Positions 35,002 to 46,000 are shown, counted from the stretch's first letter. The stretch is DNA of 64,000 nucleotides from Flavobacteriaceae bacterium (GCA_012959395.1 DUDG01000029.1:10536-74535), one strand, 5' to 3'. The notes: generated from the sequence alone by a model not told the origin. Numbers and translations are program-made.

Positions 35002-35858
35002 ATATAGCAGTAATAGGATTAGGTTTAATGGGGGGCTCTTTTGCTTTAGATATCAAATCGGTGTATTCTAATTCTAAAATTTTTGGAATTGATAATTCAG
35101 ATTCTAATTTAAAAGAGGCTCTGGCTTTAGATTTAATAGATCAGATTATTACATATGATGATCTTATTAAAATGGATATTGTACTAGTTTCAATTCCCGT
35201 TAATTATTCACTTATTGTTATTCCTAAGGTTTTAGAAAAAATAAACGAAAATACATTAGTCTTTGATGTTGGTTCAACTAAAGAAGCCATATGTCAGATA
35301 CTGGAAAATCACCCTAAAAGAGCTAATTTCTTAGCAGCTCACCCTATGGCTGGAACTGAATTCTCTGGTCCAAAAGCTGCTCATAAAGGTCTGTATATTA
35401 GTAAGACCAATATATTGTGTGAATTTGAAAAAACAGATCATAAACTTAGAGAATTTGCTTTAGAAATTTTTGATAATCTAAATATGAAAATCATCTATAT
35501 GGACCCAAAGCCTCATGATGTTCATGTGGCATATGTATCCCATTTATCTCATATTAGTTCTTTTATGTTAGGAAAGACAGTAATAGAAAAAGAAAAAAAT
35601 GAAAAAAATATTTTTGACTTGGCAGGAAGTGGTTTTGAATCTACTGTTAGACTAGCCAAAAGTCTTCCTGAAACTTGGACACCTATTTTTTTACAGAATA
35701 AAAACAATTTGGTTTTAGCTATTGATGAATATATTTCTAATTTAAATGCATTAAAAAAAATAATTGAAAATAACGATAGTAATAAACTTTCATCAATATT
35801 AAATGATACAAATAGAATTAAAGAAATATTAAGTAATAAATTAGAAAATGGAAAATAA
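34989..35858 (+). CDS. tyrA: prephenate dehydrogenase
   Basis: Rossmann motif IAVIGLGLMGGSFA and the AAHPMAGTE catalytic region. Overlaps both neighbouring genes. Confidence 0.88.
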   Translation: MQKMNIAVIGLGLMGGSFALDIKSVYSNSKIFGIDNSDSNLKEALALDLIDQIITYDDLIKMDIVLVSIPVNYSLIVIPKVLEKINENTLVFDVGSTKEAICQILENHPKRANFLAAHPMAGTEFSGPKAAHKGLYISKTNILCEFEKTDHKLREFALEIFDNLNMKIIYMDPKPHDVHVAYVSHLSHISSFMLGKTVIEKEKNEKNIFDLAGSGFESTVRLAKSLPETWTPIFLQNKNNLVLAIDEYISNLNALKKIIENNDSNKLSSILNDTNRIKEILSNKLENGK

Positions 35859-36933
35859 GAAAGAAATGAGAAATTGGCTTGATGAGTTGAAATTAATTCA
35901 TCCTTTGGTAATTGCTGGACCGTGTAGTGCTGAAACTGAAGATCAAGTTTTGAAAATTGCGCACGATTTAAAAGATACTGACGTATCAGTTTATAGGGCT
36001 GGAATATGGAAACCAAGAACAAGACCAGGCATGTTTGAAGGAGTTGGAGCAATTGGCTTAAAATGGCTTGAAAAAGTAAAAAAGGAAACAGGACTTCTAA
36101 TAGCTATAGAAGTAGCTAATGCTAGTCATGTAAAGCTAGCGTTAGAATACGATATTGATATTCTTTGGATTGGCGCACGATCTACAGTCAGCCCTTTTAT
36201 TGTTCAGGAAATAGCTGATGCTTTAAATGGAACTGAAAAAATAGTATTAGTCAAAAACCCAGTAAATCCAGACTTATCTTTATGGCTTGGTGGAATTGAG
36301 AGGCTATACACTGCTAATATTAAAAAATTAGGAGTAATACATAGAGGATTTTCAACTTATGAAAAATCTAAATACAGAAACAATCCAGAATGGCAATTAC
36401 CTATCGAATTACAGAATAGGTTTCCAGATTTACCATTGATTTGTGATCCATCTCATATTGCAGGTAGAAGAGATATCTTACAGGATATTTCACAAACTGC
36501 CTTAGATTTAAATTTTGATGGATTAATGATAGAAACTCATATAGATCCTGATAATGCTTGGAGTGATGCTGCGCAACAAATCACACCCAAAACACTTGTT
36601 CAACTGATGGATGATTTAAAAATAAGAAAAGTTACTAATGAAGAAGCGGATTACAAAAATAAATTAAATACACTTAGAACACAAATTGACGTTATAGATC
36701 ACGGATTACTTGACAATCTAGGTAAAAGAATGAAGGTTGCTATTGAAATAGGAGGGCTTAAAAAGCTGAAAAATGTTGCAGTTTTACAAACTAAAAGATG
36801 GAATGAAATTCTGGGAAAAATGATTTTAGAAGGTGAACAAAAAGGATTGAGTGAAGAGTTCGTTTTAAGAATGTTTAAGGCTATTCATCAAGAGTCAATT
36901 AATCATCAAGAAAAGGTGATTAACAGTAAATAA
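35848..36933 (+). CDS. bifunctional 3-deoxy-7-phosphoheptulonate (DAHP) synthase / chorismate mutase
   Basis: N-terminal ~265 aa are type I-beta DAHPS/KDO8PS-like (IAGPCSAE, IWKPRTRPG, CDPSH). The C-terminal ~90 aa are an AroQ chorismate mutase (LRTQIDVIDHGLLDNLGKRMKVAIEIG). Confidence 0.88.
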   Translation: MENKKEMRNWLDELKLIHPLVIAGPCSAETEDQVLKIAHDLKDTDVSVYRAGIWKPRTRPGMFEGVGAIGLKWLEKVKKETGLLIAIEVANASHVKLALEYDIDILWIGARSTVSPFIVQEIADALNGTEKIVLVKNPVNPDLSLWLGGIERLYTANIKKLGVIHRGFSTYEKSKYRNNPEWQLPIELQNRFPDLPLICDPSHIAGRRDILQDISQTALDLNFDGLMIETHIDPDNAWSDAAQQITPKTLVQLMDDLKIRKVTNEEADYKNKLNTLRTQIDVIDHGLLDNLGKRMKVAIEIGGLKKLKNVAVLQTKRWNEILGKMILEGEQKGLSEEFVLRMFKAIHQESINHQEKVINSK

Positions 36934-36937
36934 ATAT

Positions 36938-37879
36938 ATGAAAGGAAGAATTTATAAATCAACTGGAAATTGGCATTCTGTTCTTTCAGAATCCAATCAG
37001 GTTTATAAATGTAATATAAAAGGAAAATTTAGATCATTAGGAATTAAAAGTACAAATCCCATTGCAGTTGGAGATTTTGTAAATTTTGAAATAACTAATA
37101 AAGAAGACTATACAGGGGTTATCTATAAAATTATAAACAGGAAAAATTATATAATTAGAAAATCTGTTAATCTTTCGAAGCAATCGCATATAATTGCTTC
37201 AAATATTGATTGTTGTTTTTTGATAGTTACTCCAAGTAATCCATTAACCTCTTCAATTTTTATTGATAGAGTTTTGGTTGCTACAAAATCTTTTGGAATA
37301 GAAACAATTGTTTTATTTAATAAAATTGATATCTATTCAAAAAATGATCTAAATTATGTAGAACAGTTAAAGAATATTTATATTAAAATAGGATATAAAA
37401 CATTAGAGATTTCTGTTTTAAAAGAAATTAACATAGGTTTACTTAAAGAAATGCTGTTAAATAAAACATCAATTTTTACTGGACATAGTGGAGTTGGGAA
37501 AACTAGTCTTGTTAATCTTTTAGATCCTGATCTAATACTTAAAACTGCTGAAATATCAAAATTTAGTGAGCAAGGTCAACATACTACAACTTTTGCTGAA
37601 ATGTTTGATTTAAAGTTTGGTGCTTCTATTATTGATAGTCCTGGCATTAAAGGTTTTGGTTTAATTGATATAGAAAAAAATGAGTTAGGAGATTATTTTC
37701 CAGAATTTATTTTATATAAATCAAATTGTAAATTTAACAACTGTCTTCATGAAAATGAACCATATTGTGGAGTTAAAAAAGCACTAGAAAAAGGTAATAT
37801 TTCAGAATCCAGATATAAAAGTTATTTAAGTTTATTGAAGGGAGAAGATAAAAACTATAGAACTGATTATTGGGAATAA
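36938..37879 (+). CDS. rsgA: ribosome small subunit-dependent GTPase A
   Basis: Circularly permuted GTPase (NKIDI ... GHSGVGKTSLVN) and a C-terminal zinc knuckle (CKFNNCLHENEPYC). Confidence 0.9.
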   Translation: MKGRIYKSTGNWHSVLSESNQVYKCNIKGKFRSLGIKSTNPIAVGDFVNFEITNKEDYTGVIYKIINRKNYIIRKSVNLSKQSHIIASNIDCCFLIVTPSNPLTSSIFIDRVLVATKSFGIETIVLFNKIDIYSKNDLNYVEQLKNIYIKIGYKTLEISVLKEINIGLLKEMLLNKTSIFTGHSGVGKTSLVNLLDPDLILKTAEISKFSEQGQHTTTFAEMFDLKFGASIIDSPGIKGFGLIDIEKNELGDYFPEFILYKSNCKFNNCLHENEPYCGVKKALEKGNISESRYKSYLSLLKGEDKNYRTDYWE

Positions 37880-38332
37880 ATGAGAGTAGTAATTCAAAGA
37901 GTAAAAAAGGCCAGCGTTGAAGTTGGTAATTCAATTGTTTCTTCTATTGAAAATGGACTAGTGGTTTTATTAGGAATTGAAGATGAAGATGATTCAAAAG
38001 ATATAGAATGGATATCTACCAAAATCTCTCAACTAAGAATTTTTGATGACCAAAATAAAATCATGAATAATTCTCTTATAGATATTAATGGAGATATAAT
38101 AATAATAAGTCAATTTACTTTACATGCTTCCACAAAAAAAGGGAATAGGCCATCATATATTAAAGCTGCTAAAAGTGAGGTTGCAAAAAAAATTTATGAT
38201 CAGTTTTTAATTTCTATTGAAAATAAAATTAAAAAGAAGCCATTTTCAGGATTTTTTGGAGCAGATATGTTAGTTAAAATTGAAAATGATGGACCTGTTA
38301 CTATATTTATTGATTCAAAAAATAAAGAGTAA
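37880..38332 (+). CDS. dtd: D-aminoacyl-tRNA deacylase
   Basis: MRVVIQRVKKASV...SQFTL...GNRPSY...NDGPVT motifs. 150 aa. Confidence 0.92.
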   Translation: MRVVIQRVKKASVEVGNSIVSSIENGLVVLLGIEDEDDSKDIEWISTKISQLRIFDDQNKIMNNSLIDINGDIIIISQFTLHASTKKGNRPSYIKAAKSEVAKKIYDQFLISIENKIKKKPFSGFFGADMLVKIENDGPVTIFIDSKNKE

Positions 38333-38361
38333 AACAAAATTATAAATTAAATAAACATTAG

Positions 38362-38694
38362 ATGAGTTTAAAAAAAATTCAAAAGGAAGTTGATTTATGG
38401 ATAAAAGAACATGGTGTTCGTTATTTTGACCCTCTTACTAATATGGCTCAACTTTCTGAAGAGGTTGGAGAAGTAGCTAGAATTATAGCTCGAAGATATG
38501 GTGAACAATCAGAAAAGCAATCAGATAAAAAAAAGAACCTTGCTGAAGAACTTTCTGATGTTATTTTTGTTGTTATGTGTTTAGCTAATCAAACAGGTTT
38601 AGACTTAGAAAAAGCATTCGATAAGAAATTAAAATTTAAAACTAAAAGAGATTTTTTAAGACATAAAAATAATCCTAAACTAAAAAAAAAATAA
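38362..38694 (+). CDS. MazG-like nucleotide pyrophosphohydrolase
   Basis: 110 aa with an EExxE-type motif (LSEEVGEVARI...AEELSDVIF). Confidence 0.75.
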   Translation: MSLKKIQKEVDLWIKEHGVRYFDPLTNMAQLSEEVGEVARIIARRYGEQSEKQSDKKKNLAEELSDVIFVVMCLANQTGLDLEKAFDKKLKFKTKRDFLRHKNNPKLKKK

Positions 38695-39920
38695 TGAGTT
38701 TTTTAGTTGAACATCCCAGCTCTAAGATTAATCATTCTTTTAATATATCAGGTTCAAAAAGTGAGTCTAATAGATTGCTTATCCTAAAATATATTTTTAA
38801 AAATATTAAAATAGAAAATCTTTCAAATTCGGATGATACTATAGTTTTAAAGAATTACCTTGAAAGTAACTCGAATTTAATTGATGTTCATCAAGCTGGA
38901 ACTGCCATGCGTTTTTTGACAGCTTATTTAGCTATTCAAAATAATAATTCTTTTCAAATTACAGGTTCTAAAAGAATGCAGAATAGACCAATAAAAATTT
39001 TAGTTGACACATTAAATATATTAGGTGCGGATATTAAGTATTTAGATAAAATTGGATACCCTCCACTTAAGATTAATGGTAAAATGCTTCTAGGTGGTGA
39101 AATTTCTTTGAGTTCCGAAGTTAGTAGTCAGTATATATCTGCTTTAATGCTAATTGCTTCTAGTTTAAAAAATGGTTTAGTAATTAGTTTAGAAGGTTCT
39201 GTTACTTCAAGACCTTATATTGAAATGACCTCAAGTATTTTAAATAGAGTAGGAATCAAATCTTCATTTAAAGAAAATAAAATATCAATTCAATCAGTGA
39301 AATTACTTGAGAAAAGTATTCAGAAAGTAGAATCTGATTGGAGCTCCTTATCCTATTTTTATAGTATAGTTGCTTTGTCAAAATATTCAGAATTAAATAT
39401 TGGTAGTTATAATATTAATTCAATTCAAGGTGACAAGAAATTAGTTGAGATTTATCAAAATTTTGGTGTACAAACAAGTTTTTCAAATGATATAATTACT
39501 ATTAAAAAAATAGAGTCGAAAGATTTAAATAAGTCTTTAAAATTAGATCTTTCGGATACGCCAGATATTGCACAGACCATAGCGGTTACTTGTTTTGGCT
39601 TAGGTTTGTCTTGTGATCTTCATGGATTACATACTTTAAAAATTAAAGAAACCGATAGATTAGAAGCTCTAAAAGTTGAATTAACTAAAATGGGCGCGAT
39701 TGTGAGCATTACAAAAGATAGTTTTCACTTAACGAAGTCTTCTGAAATAAAATCAAACATAACAATAGAAACATATAACGACCATAGAATGGCTATGGCA
39801 TTTACTCCTTTAGCAATTTGTAAGCCAATAATTATTAATAACCCTGATGTTGTTTCTAAATCATTTCCAGATTTTTGGGATCATTTAAAAGGAATGAATT
39901 TTTTGATTTCAAAAAATTAA
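38694..39920 (+). CDS. aroA: 3-phosphoshikimate 1-carboxyvinyltransferase (EPSP synthase)
   Basis: [21 protein letters not shown] and NDHRMAMAF motifs. 408 aa. Confidence 0.9.
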   Translation: MSFLVEHPSSKINHSFNISGSKSESNRLLILKYIFKNIKIENLSNSDDTIVLKNYLESNSNLIDVHQAGTAMRFLTAYLAIQNNNSFQITGSKRMQNRPIKILVDTLNILGADIKYLDKIGYPPLKINGKMLLGGEISLSSEVSSQYISALMLIASSLKNGLVISLEGSVTSRPYIEMTSSILNRVGIKSSFKENKISIQSVKLLEKSIQKVESDWSSLSYFYSIVALSKYSELNIGSYNINSIQGDKKLVEIYQNFGVQTSFSNDIITIKKIESKDLNKSLKLDLSDTPDIAQTIAVTCFGLGLSCDLHGLHTLKIKETDRLEALKVELTKMGAIVSITKDSFHLTKSSEIKSNITIETYNDHRMAMAFTPLAICKPIIINNPDVVSKSFPDFWDHLKGMNFLISKN

Positions 39921-39994
39921 TTCAATTATATGTTAATAAACTTGACTTTGCTATCTTCAGGAGTGTATATTTGCATCTTTTAATTTTAACATAT

Positions 39995-41044
39995 ATGAAA
40001 CTATCACATTTTAATTTTGAACTTCCCGAAGAGCGCTTAACAGAATATCCTTCAGATCACAGAGATGAATCTAGATTAATGGTTTTAAACAGGAAAAAAG
40101 AAACGATCGATCATAAGTATTTTAAAGATATTATTGATTATTTTAATGAAGGTGATACTTTCGTTTTTAATAATACTAAAGTTTTTCCTGCAAGACTAAT
40201 GGGTAATAAAGAAAAAACTGGGGCTAGAATTGAAGTTTTTTTATTAAGAGAATTAAATGAAGAACAAAGACTTTGGGATGTTTTGGTTGATCCTGCTAGA
40301 AAAATTAGAATTGGAAATAAACTTTACTTTTCGGATGATGATAGTTTAGTTGCTGAAGTAATAGATAACACTACATCAAGAGGGAGAACACTAAGGTTTT
40401 TATTTGATGGATCTTATGATGAATTTCGTAAAGCTCTTTTCGAATTAGGGCAAACTCCTCTTCCTAAATTTATTCGAAGAGAAGAAGAAAGTTTTGATAG
40501 AGAAAGATTCCAAACTATATATGCAAAACATGAGGGTGCTGTAGCTGCACCAGCTGCTGGAATGCATTTTTCAAAACACTTGATTAAAAAATTAGAGATT
40601 AAGGGGATAAATTTAGCAGAATTGACTTTACATATTGGTTTAGGAACTTTTAATCCGGTAGAAGTTGAAGACCTTTCAAAGCATAAAATGGATTCTGAAG
40701 AACTTTTTATTGATCAAAAGACATGTGACATTATTAATACTACTAAGAAAAATAAAAATAGAATCTGCGCAATAGGAACTACGTCAATGAAAGGGCTTGA
40801 ATCATCAGTTTCTTCAATGAAAACATTGAATCCTTATAGTGGTTGGACTCATAAATTTATATTTCCTCCATATGATTTTAGAATTGCAGATTCAATGATA
40901 ACAAATTTTCATACTCCGAAGTCAACGTTATTGATGATGGCTTCAGCTTTTGCTGAGCCAGATTTTCTAAAAGAAGCTTACGATATTGCTATAAAAGAAA
41001 AATATAATTTTTATTCTTATGGTGATGCAATGTTAATTATATAG
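39995..41044 (+). CDS. queA: S-adenosylmethionine:tRNA ribosyltransferase-isomerase
   Basis: [19 protein letters not shown] is the canonical QueA N-terminus. ATG at 39995 preferred to the listed 39875, which overlaps the aroA end. Confidence 0.92.
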   Translation: MKLSHFNFELPEERLTEYPSDHRDESRLMVLNRKKETIDHKYFKDIIDYFNEGDTFVFNNTKVFPARLMGNKEKTGARIEVFLLRELNEEQRLWDVLVDPARKIRIGNKLYFSDDDSLVAEVIDNTTSRGRTLRFLFDGSYDEFRKALFELGQTPLPKFIRREEESFDRERFQTIYAKHEGAVAAPAAGMHFSKHLIKKLEIKGINLAELTLHIGLGTFNPVEVEDLSKHKMDSEELFIDQKTCDIINTTKKNKNRICAIGTTSMKGLESSVSSMKTLNPYSGWTHKFIFPPYDFRIADSMITNFHTPKSTLLMMASAFAEPDFLKEAYDIAIKEKYNFYSYGDAMLII

Positions 41045-41054
41045 AAAATTTATT

Positions 41055-42098
41055 ATGAAAGTCAAAAAAGACATACGTTCTTTAAATCTTAAAGAGTTAT
41101 GTTCTTTTTTTGAATCTAATAATTACCCCGCCTTTAGAGGAAACCAAGTATATAATTGGTTGTGGAATAAATCTTGCTTTTCTTTTGATGAAATGACAAA
41201 TATTTCTTTAGAATTAAGAGAAGTTTTAAAAAAGGATTTTGTTATAAATCACATCAAAATAGATAAAATTCAAAAAAGTATTGATGGTACTATTAAAAAT
41301 GCTGTTACACTTTTTGATAATCTTTTAGTTGAATCTGTTTTAATTCCTGTTAAAAACAGAACAACTGCCTGTATTTCAAGTCAAGTTGGTTGTAGTTTGG
41401 ATTGTGAATTTTGTGCTACATCTAAATTAAAGAGAATTAGAAACCTTAATCCTGATGAAATTTTTGACCAAGCTTCTACAATAAACCTACAAAGTAAATT
41501 TTATTATAATAGACCGATTTCTAATATAGTTTTTATGGGTATGGGGGAGCCTTTATTGAATTATATTAATTTAATTGAAGGGATTAATAAAATAACCAGT
41601 AAAGATGGTTTAGGAATGTCTCCTAAAAGAATAACTGTTTCTACATCTGGAATTTCAAAATTAATTATTAAAATGGCAGATGAAAATGTAAAATTTAATT
41701 TAGCAGTTTCATTACACTCTGCTGTTGAAAAAACACGTAATAAAATAATGCCATTTACTATAAAATTTCCTTTAACTGATTTAAAAGAAGCCATAAAGTA
41801 TTGGTATAATAAAACTCAAAAAATAGTGACTTATGAATATATTGTTTGGAAGGGTATTAATGATGACATGAATCATATTAATGCTTTGGTTGATTTTTGC
41901 AAATCATCTCCTTCAAAAGTAAATATTATTGAGTATAATAAAACTAGCAATGATTTTTTTATTTCTGCTGATGATAGTATAATTAATAAATATATAGAAG
42001 AATTAGAAAGTAATAGAATTCCTGTTACTATTAGAAAGTCTAGAGGAAAAGATATTGACGCAGCATGTGGTCAATTAGCTAATAAATTAAAACAATAA
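41055..42098 (+). CDS. rlmN: 23S rRNA/tRNA (adenine-C2)-methyltransferase, radical SAM
   Basis: FRGNQVYNWLW N-domain, radical-SAM CSLDCEFC, and C-terminal DIDAACGQL. Confidence 0.92.
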   Translation: MKVKKDIRSLNLKELCSFFESNNYPAFRGNQVYNWLWNKSCFSFDEMTNISLELREVLKKDFVINHIKIDKIQKSIDGTIKNAVTLFDNLLVESVLIPVKNRTTACISSQVGCSLDCEFCATSKLKRIRNLNPDEIFDQASTINLQSKFYYNRPISNIVFMGMGEPLLNYINLIEGINKITSKDGLGMSPKRITVSTSGISKLIIKMADENVKFNLAVSLHSAVEKTRNKIMPFTIKFPLTDLKEAIKYWYNKTQKIVTYEYIVWKGINDDMNHINALVDFCKSSPSKVNIIEYNKTSNDFFISADDSIINKYIEELESNRIPVTIRKSRGKDIDAACGQLANKLKQ

Positions 42099-42132
42099 GA
42101 AATAATTATTCTTTGAATTGTATATTTATTAA

Positions 42133-43110
42133 ATGAAAATTATAGAAGAAATTAAATTGCCAATCAAGAATGAGATGGAGCTTTTTGAAAAAAAGTTTTC
42201 TAATTTAATGATTTCTAAGGTTCCTTTACTTAACAGAATTACTCATTATGTAGTTAATAGAAAAGGCAAGCAAATGAGGCCAATGTTTGTATTTTTAAGT
42301 GCCAAAATAGTATCAGATGAGATAGTTGGAGAAAAAGTATTCAGAGCAGCTTCAATAATTGAATTAATACATACGGCAACTTTAATTCATGATGATGTGG
42401 TTGATTCAAGTAATATGAGAAGAGGGTTTTTTTCTTTGAATGCTCTTTGGAAAAATAAAATTGCAGTTTTGGTAGGTGATTTTTTGTTATCTAAAGGGAT
42501 GTTGTTGTGTATTGATAATGATGATTTTGATCTTCTTAAGATCATTTCAAATTCTGTAAAGGATATGAGTCAAGGTGAATTATTGCAGATAGAAAAGGCA
42601 AGAAGATTAGATATTGATGAGAAAACTTATTTCGAAATTATAACAAAAAAAACAGCATCATTAATTGCTTCTTGCTGTGCCCTAGGAGCAGCTGCTTCAA
42701 ATGGATCAAAAGATAAAATTGATTATTTTAGAAAGTTGGGAGAAAAAGTGGGAATAGCTTTTCAATTAAAAGATGATTTATTTGATTATGGAAATAAGAA
42801 AATAGGGAAACCAATAGGTGTAGATTTGAAAGAAAAAAAATTAACTCTTCCAATAATATTTGCAATTAATAAATCTTCAATTCCAAAGAAAAGATGGCTT
42901 ATTAATTCTATTAAAAATCATAATAAAGACAATAAAGTTATTAAAGATGTTATAAATTATGTAAAGGAAGTTGGTGGAATAGAATACACTAACTCAAAGC
43001 TTAGCTTTTTTCACCAATCTGCTCTAAGTGATATTAAAGAGCTGGATGAAAGTGTCTATAAAGAAAGCTTAGAAAAGCTAATAAATTATGTTATAGAAAG
43101 AGAGTTCTAG
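42133..43110 (+). CDS. polyprenyl diphosphate synthase
   Basis: First and second Asp-rich motifs (LIHDDVVD, FQLKDDLFD). 325 aa. Confidence 0.85.
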   Translation: MKIIEEIKLPIKNEMELFEKKFSNLMISKVPLLNRITHYVVNRKGKQMRPMFVFLSAKIVSDEIVGEKVFRAASIIELIHTATLIHDDVVDSSNMRRGFFSLNALWKNKIAVLVGDFLLSKGMLLCIDNDDFDLLKIISNSVKDMSQGELLQIEKARRLDIDEKTYFEIITKKTASLIASCCALGAAASNGSKDKIDYFRKLGEKVGIAFQLKDDLFDYGNKKIGKPIGVDLKEKKLTLPIIFAINKSSIPKKRWLINSIKNHNKDNKVIKDVINYVKEVGGIEYTNSKLSFFHQSALSDIKELDESVYKESLEKLINYVIEREF

Positions 43111-43185
43111 AAGTTGAATATAATATGTTTTGTATTGCTTAAATGACATTTTTTTTATTTAAATTGTTTATATAAAATTAACAGA

Positions 43186-45123
43186 TTGATATCTAAAATA
43201 ACAATAGATAAAGTTTTTGAGCAATTACTTGTTGAAGAAGTGATTGGAGATTTTGTGCAGCTTAAAAAATCAGGAGCTAACTTTAAAGGTCTAAGTCCTT
43301 TTTCAAATGAAAAAACCCCAAGCTTTGTTGTTTCTCCTGTTAAGCAAATTTGGAAAGATTTTAGTAGCGGAAAGGGGGGTAATGCAGTTGCGTTTTTAAT
43401 GGAACATGAGCATTTTACGTATCCCGAAGCTATAAAGTATCTAGCAAGAAAGTATAATATAGAAATTGAAGAAACTCAGTTAAACCCTAAAGATAAAGAA
43501 ATATCTAGTGAAAGAGAGAGTTTGTACATCGTGTCAGAATATGCAAAAAAATTCTTTAAAAACACTCTTAATAACTCAATTCAAGGTAAAACAATTGGTT
43601 TAACTTATTTTAAGGAAAGAGGGTTTAACAGTGATACAATTGAAAAATATGACCTTGGGTTTTCGCCTAATGAACAAAGTTATTTTTCAAATTCTGCTAT
43701 TGAAAAAGGGTATGATAAAGGTTTTTTAGAAAAATCTGGTTTAACAATTTTTCAAAATTCTAAATCGATAGATAGATTTAGGGGAAGAGTTATTTTTCCA
43801 ATTCACAGCATGTCTGGAAGAATTTTAGGATTTGGAGGAAGAATATTAAATACTGAAATTAAAACTGCCAAATATTTAAACTCACCGGAAAGCTTAATAT
43901 ATAATAAAAGTAAAATACTTTATGGTATTTATTTTGCTAAACAAGAAATAGCAAAACTTGATAACTGTTATATTGTAGAGGGATATACCGACGTAATTCA
44001 GCTTCATCAAAAGGGAATTAAAAATGTTGTTTCATCTTCTGGAACTGCACTAACAGCTGATCAGATTACTTTAATTAGAAGATTAACATCTAATATTACT
44101 ATGCTTTTTGATGGTGATAAGGCAGGTGTTAATGCAACATTAAGAGGTATTGATTTAATATTGTCAGCAGGCTTAAATGTTAGCATTTGCGCATTTCCTG
44201 AGGGTGAAGACCCAGACAGTTATAGTCAAGATCGAAGTTTTGAAGAAGTTAAAGATTTTTTATCGGAGAATTCCCAAGATTTTATTCAGTTTAAAGCTTC
44301 TATTTTAGCAGAAAGCAGTAAAAATGATCCTATTTTAAAAGCTAAAACAATTAATGAAATAGTCAACAGTATATCAATAATTCCAGATAGAATAAAACAA
44401 GAGATCTATGTAAAACATTGTTCCAGGATAATGGATGTTTCAGAAGAAGTATTATTTAATTCTTTAGCTCAACGTACTAAAAATGAAATACCAGTTATTT
44501 CAAAAAAAAGAATTGCTAAAGTTGAAAAAACACCGAAAAATAAAAAAATAAATATTCTATTTGAGTTAGAAAAAAAAATTATTGAAATATTATTATTGTA
44601 TGGACATAAAGAAGAGCAGTTCGAAGAGGTTCTATTAAATAAAGATGATAAAGGAAATATCATATTGGAGCCAACAATAGTTCAGACGCTAGTATATAAA
44701 AAGATTTTTTTAGATTTACAGCAAGATGAGATAGAATTTACTAATGATTCTTTTAAAATTCTTTATCATAAAATTATTCATGAACTTCAAGAAAATGAAA
44801 AGTTAATTTTAGATGTGTTTTTAAATTCTTTAGATATAGAGTTGTCAAATCAAGTAACAACTATTTTAATGAACGAAGAACAATATCAATTACATGACTG
44901 GCTTAGTAAAGATATTTTAGTAAAAAACAAGGATAAAGTAGTTGGTCAATTAGTTACCGAAACTGTACTTAGGTTAAGAACTTATTTGATAAATGAAAAG
45001 GTTAAAGAATTACAATTAGAAACTAAAAAAAGCAATGAAGATAATTCAGAGATTCTAAAAGAAATAAACGATTACCATAAGCTCAAGTCTTTATTATCTA
45101 AAAAACTAAATAGAGTTATTTAG
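43186..45123 (+). CDS. dnaG: DNA primase (TTG start)
   Basis: EEVIGDFVQLKK.G.NFKGLSPFSNEKTPSF, RNA polymerase core and TOPRIM (VEGYTDV...DGDKAG). TTG at 43186 gives the family-typical MISK... N-terminus. Confidence 0.9.
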   Translation: MISKITIDKVFEQLLVEEVIGDFVQLKKSGANFKGLSPFSNEKTPSFVVSPVKQIWKDFSSGKGGNAVAFLMEHEHFTYPEAIKYLARKYNIEIEETQLNPKDKEISSERESLYIVSEYAKKFFKNTLNNSIQGKTIGLTYFKERGFNSDTIEKYDLGFSPNEQSYFSNSAIEKGYDKGFLEKSGLTIFQNSKSIDRFRGRVIFPIHSMSGRILGFGGRILNTEIKTAKYLNSPESLIYNKSKILYGIYFAKQEIAKLDNCYIVEGYTDVIQLHQKGIKNVVSSSGTALTADQITLIRRLTSNITMLFDGDKAGVNATLRGIDLILSAGLNVSICAFPEGEDPDSYSQDRSFEEVKDFLSENSQDFIQFKASILAESSKNDPILKAKTINEIVNSISIIPDRIKQEIYVKHCSRIMDVSEEVLFNSLAQRTKNEIPVISKKRIAKVEKTPKNKKINILFELEKKIIEILLLYGHKEEQFEEVLLNKDDKGNIILEPTIVQTLVYKKIFLDLQQDEIEFTNDSFKILYHKIIHELQENEKLILDVFLNSLDIELSNQVTTILMNEEQYQLHDWLSKDILVKNKDKVVGQLVTETVLRLRTYLINEKVKELQLETKKSNEDNSEILKEINDYHKLKSLLSKKLNRVI

Positions 45124-45124
45124 T

Positions 45125-45904
45125 TTATCTTAATTCGTCTGGCACTAAATAAATTGGAATAGGATTCATTTTATGAAAATTTTGTTTATTTAGCTTGATT
45201 AAAATATTGTACACTTCTCTTTCTCTTCCTTCAAAATCTAATGAGACCTTCCCTAAATCTTTCTGTTTCATAGCCCATTCTAATTCACTATAAGAAGCTC
45301 CTATTTGATCTTCATCAGTTCTTTCATCATCCCAAAGTCCATCAGTTGGTTTAGCAATAATTATATCATTGATGATATTTAAATGTTTAGCTAATTCAAA
45401 AACCTCTGTTTTGTAAAGATCAGCAATTGGGCTAATATCAACTCCTCCATCACCATACTTTGTGTAAAATCCAATACCAAAATCTTCAACTTTATTACCT
45501 GTCCCAGTAACTAAATGATTGTTCAAGTTAGCAAAATAATAGAGTGTAGTCATTCTTAATCTAGATCTTGAATTGGCTAAAGATAATAAGTTATTCTTAT
45601 CATCTTTAATAGAATTTTTGAATGAAGTAAAGACATTAGTCAGGTCTATAGTTTTTGAAGAAACGTTATTAAAATTTTCAGTTAACCATTGAATGTGATT
45701 AGCGGCTCTTTTTTTCTCATTTAAGTTTTGAAAAATTGGCATATCTAAACAAAGAGAAGGTAATCCTGTTTTGGCACAAAGCGTGGATGTTAATGCAGAG
45801 TCAATGCCTCCAGAAATACCAACAACAAACCCTTTGGCATGGGATTTTTCTATATATTTCTTTAGCCAATTAATAATATTTTCTGTAATTTTTAAGGTGT
45901 TCAT
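45125..45904 (-). CDS. nadE: NH3-dependent NAD+ synthetase
   Basis: PP-loop GISGGIDSALT. 259 aa. Confidence 0.9.
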   Translation of the reverse strand: MNTLKITENIINWLKKYIEKSHAKGFVVGISGGIDSALTSTLCAKTGLPSLCLDMPIFQNLNEKKRAANHIQWLTENFNNVSSKTIDLTNVFTSFKNSIKDDKNNLLSLANSRSRLRMTTLYYFANLNNHLVTGTGNKVEDFGIGFYTKYGDGGVDISPIADLYKTEVFELAKHLNIINDIIIAKPTDGLWDDERTDEDQIGASYSELEWAMKQKDLGKVSLDFEGREREVYNILIKLNKQNFHKMNPIPIYLVPDELR

Positions 45905-46000
45905 TTATTTAAATATATCTTTAAAAGATTTAAAATTATTTATTCCGTTTGCACTAATTTTAATGAATAGATAATTTTGAAATGTAAAATTAATGGTTTT

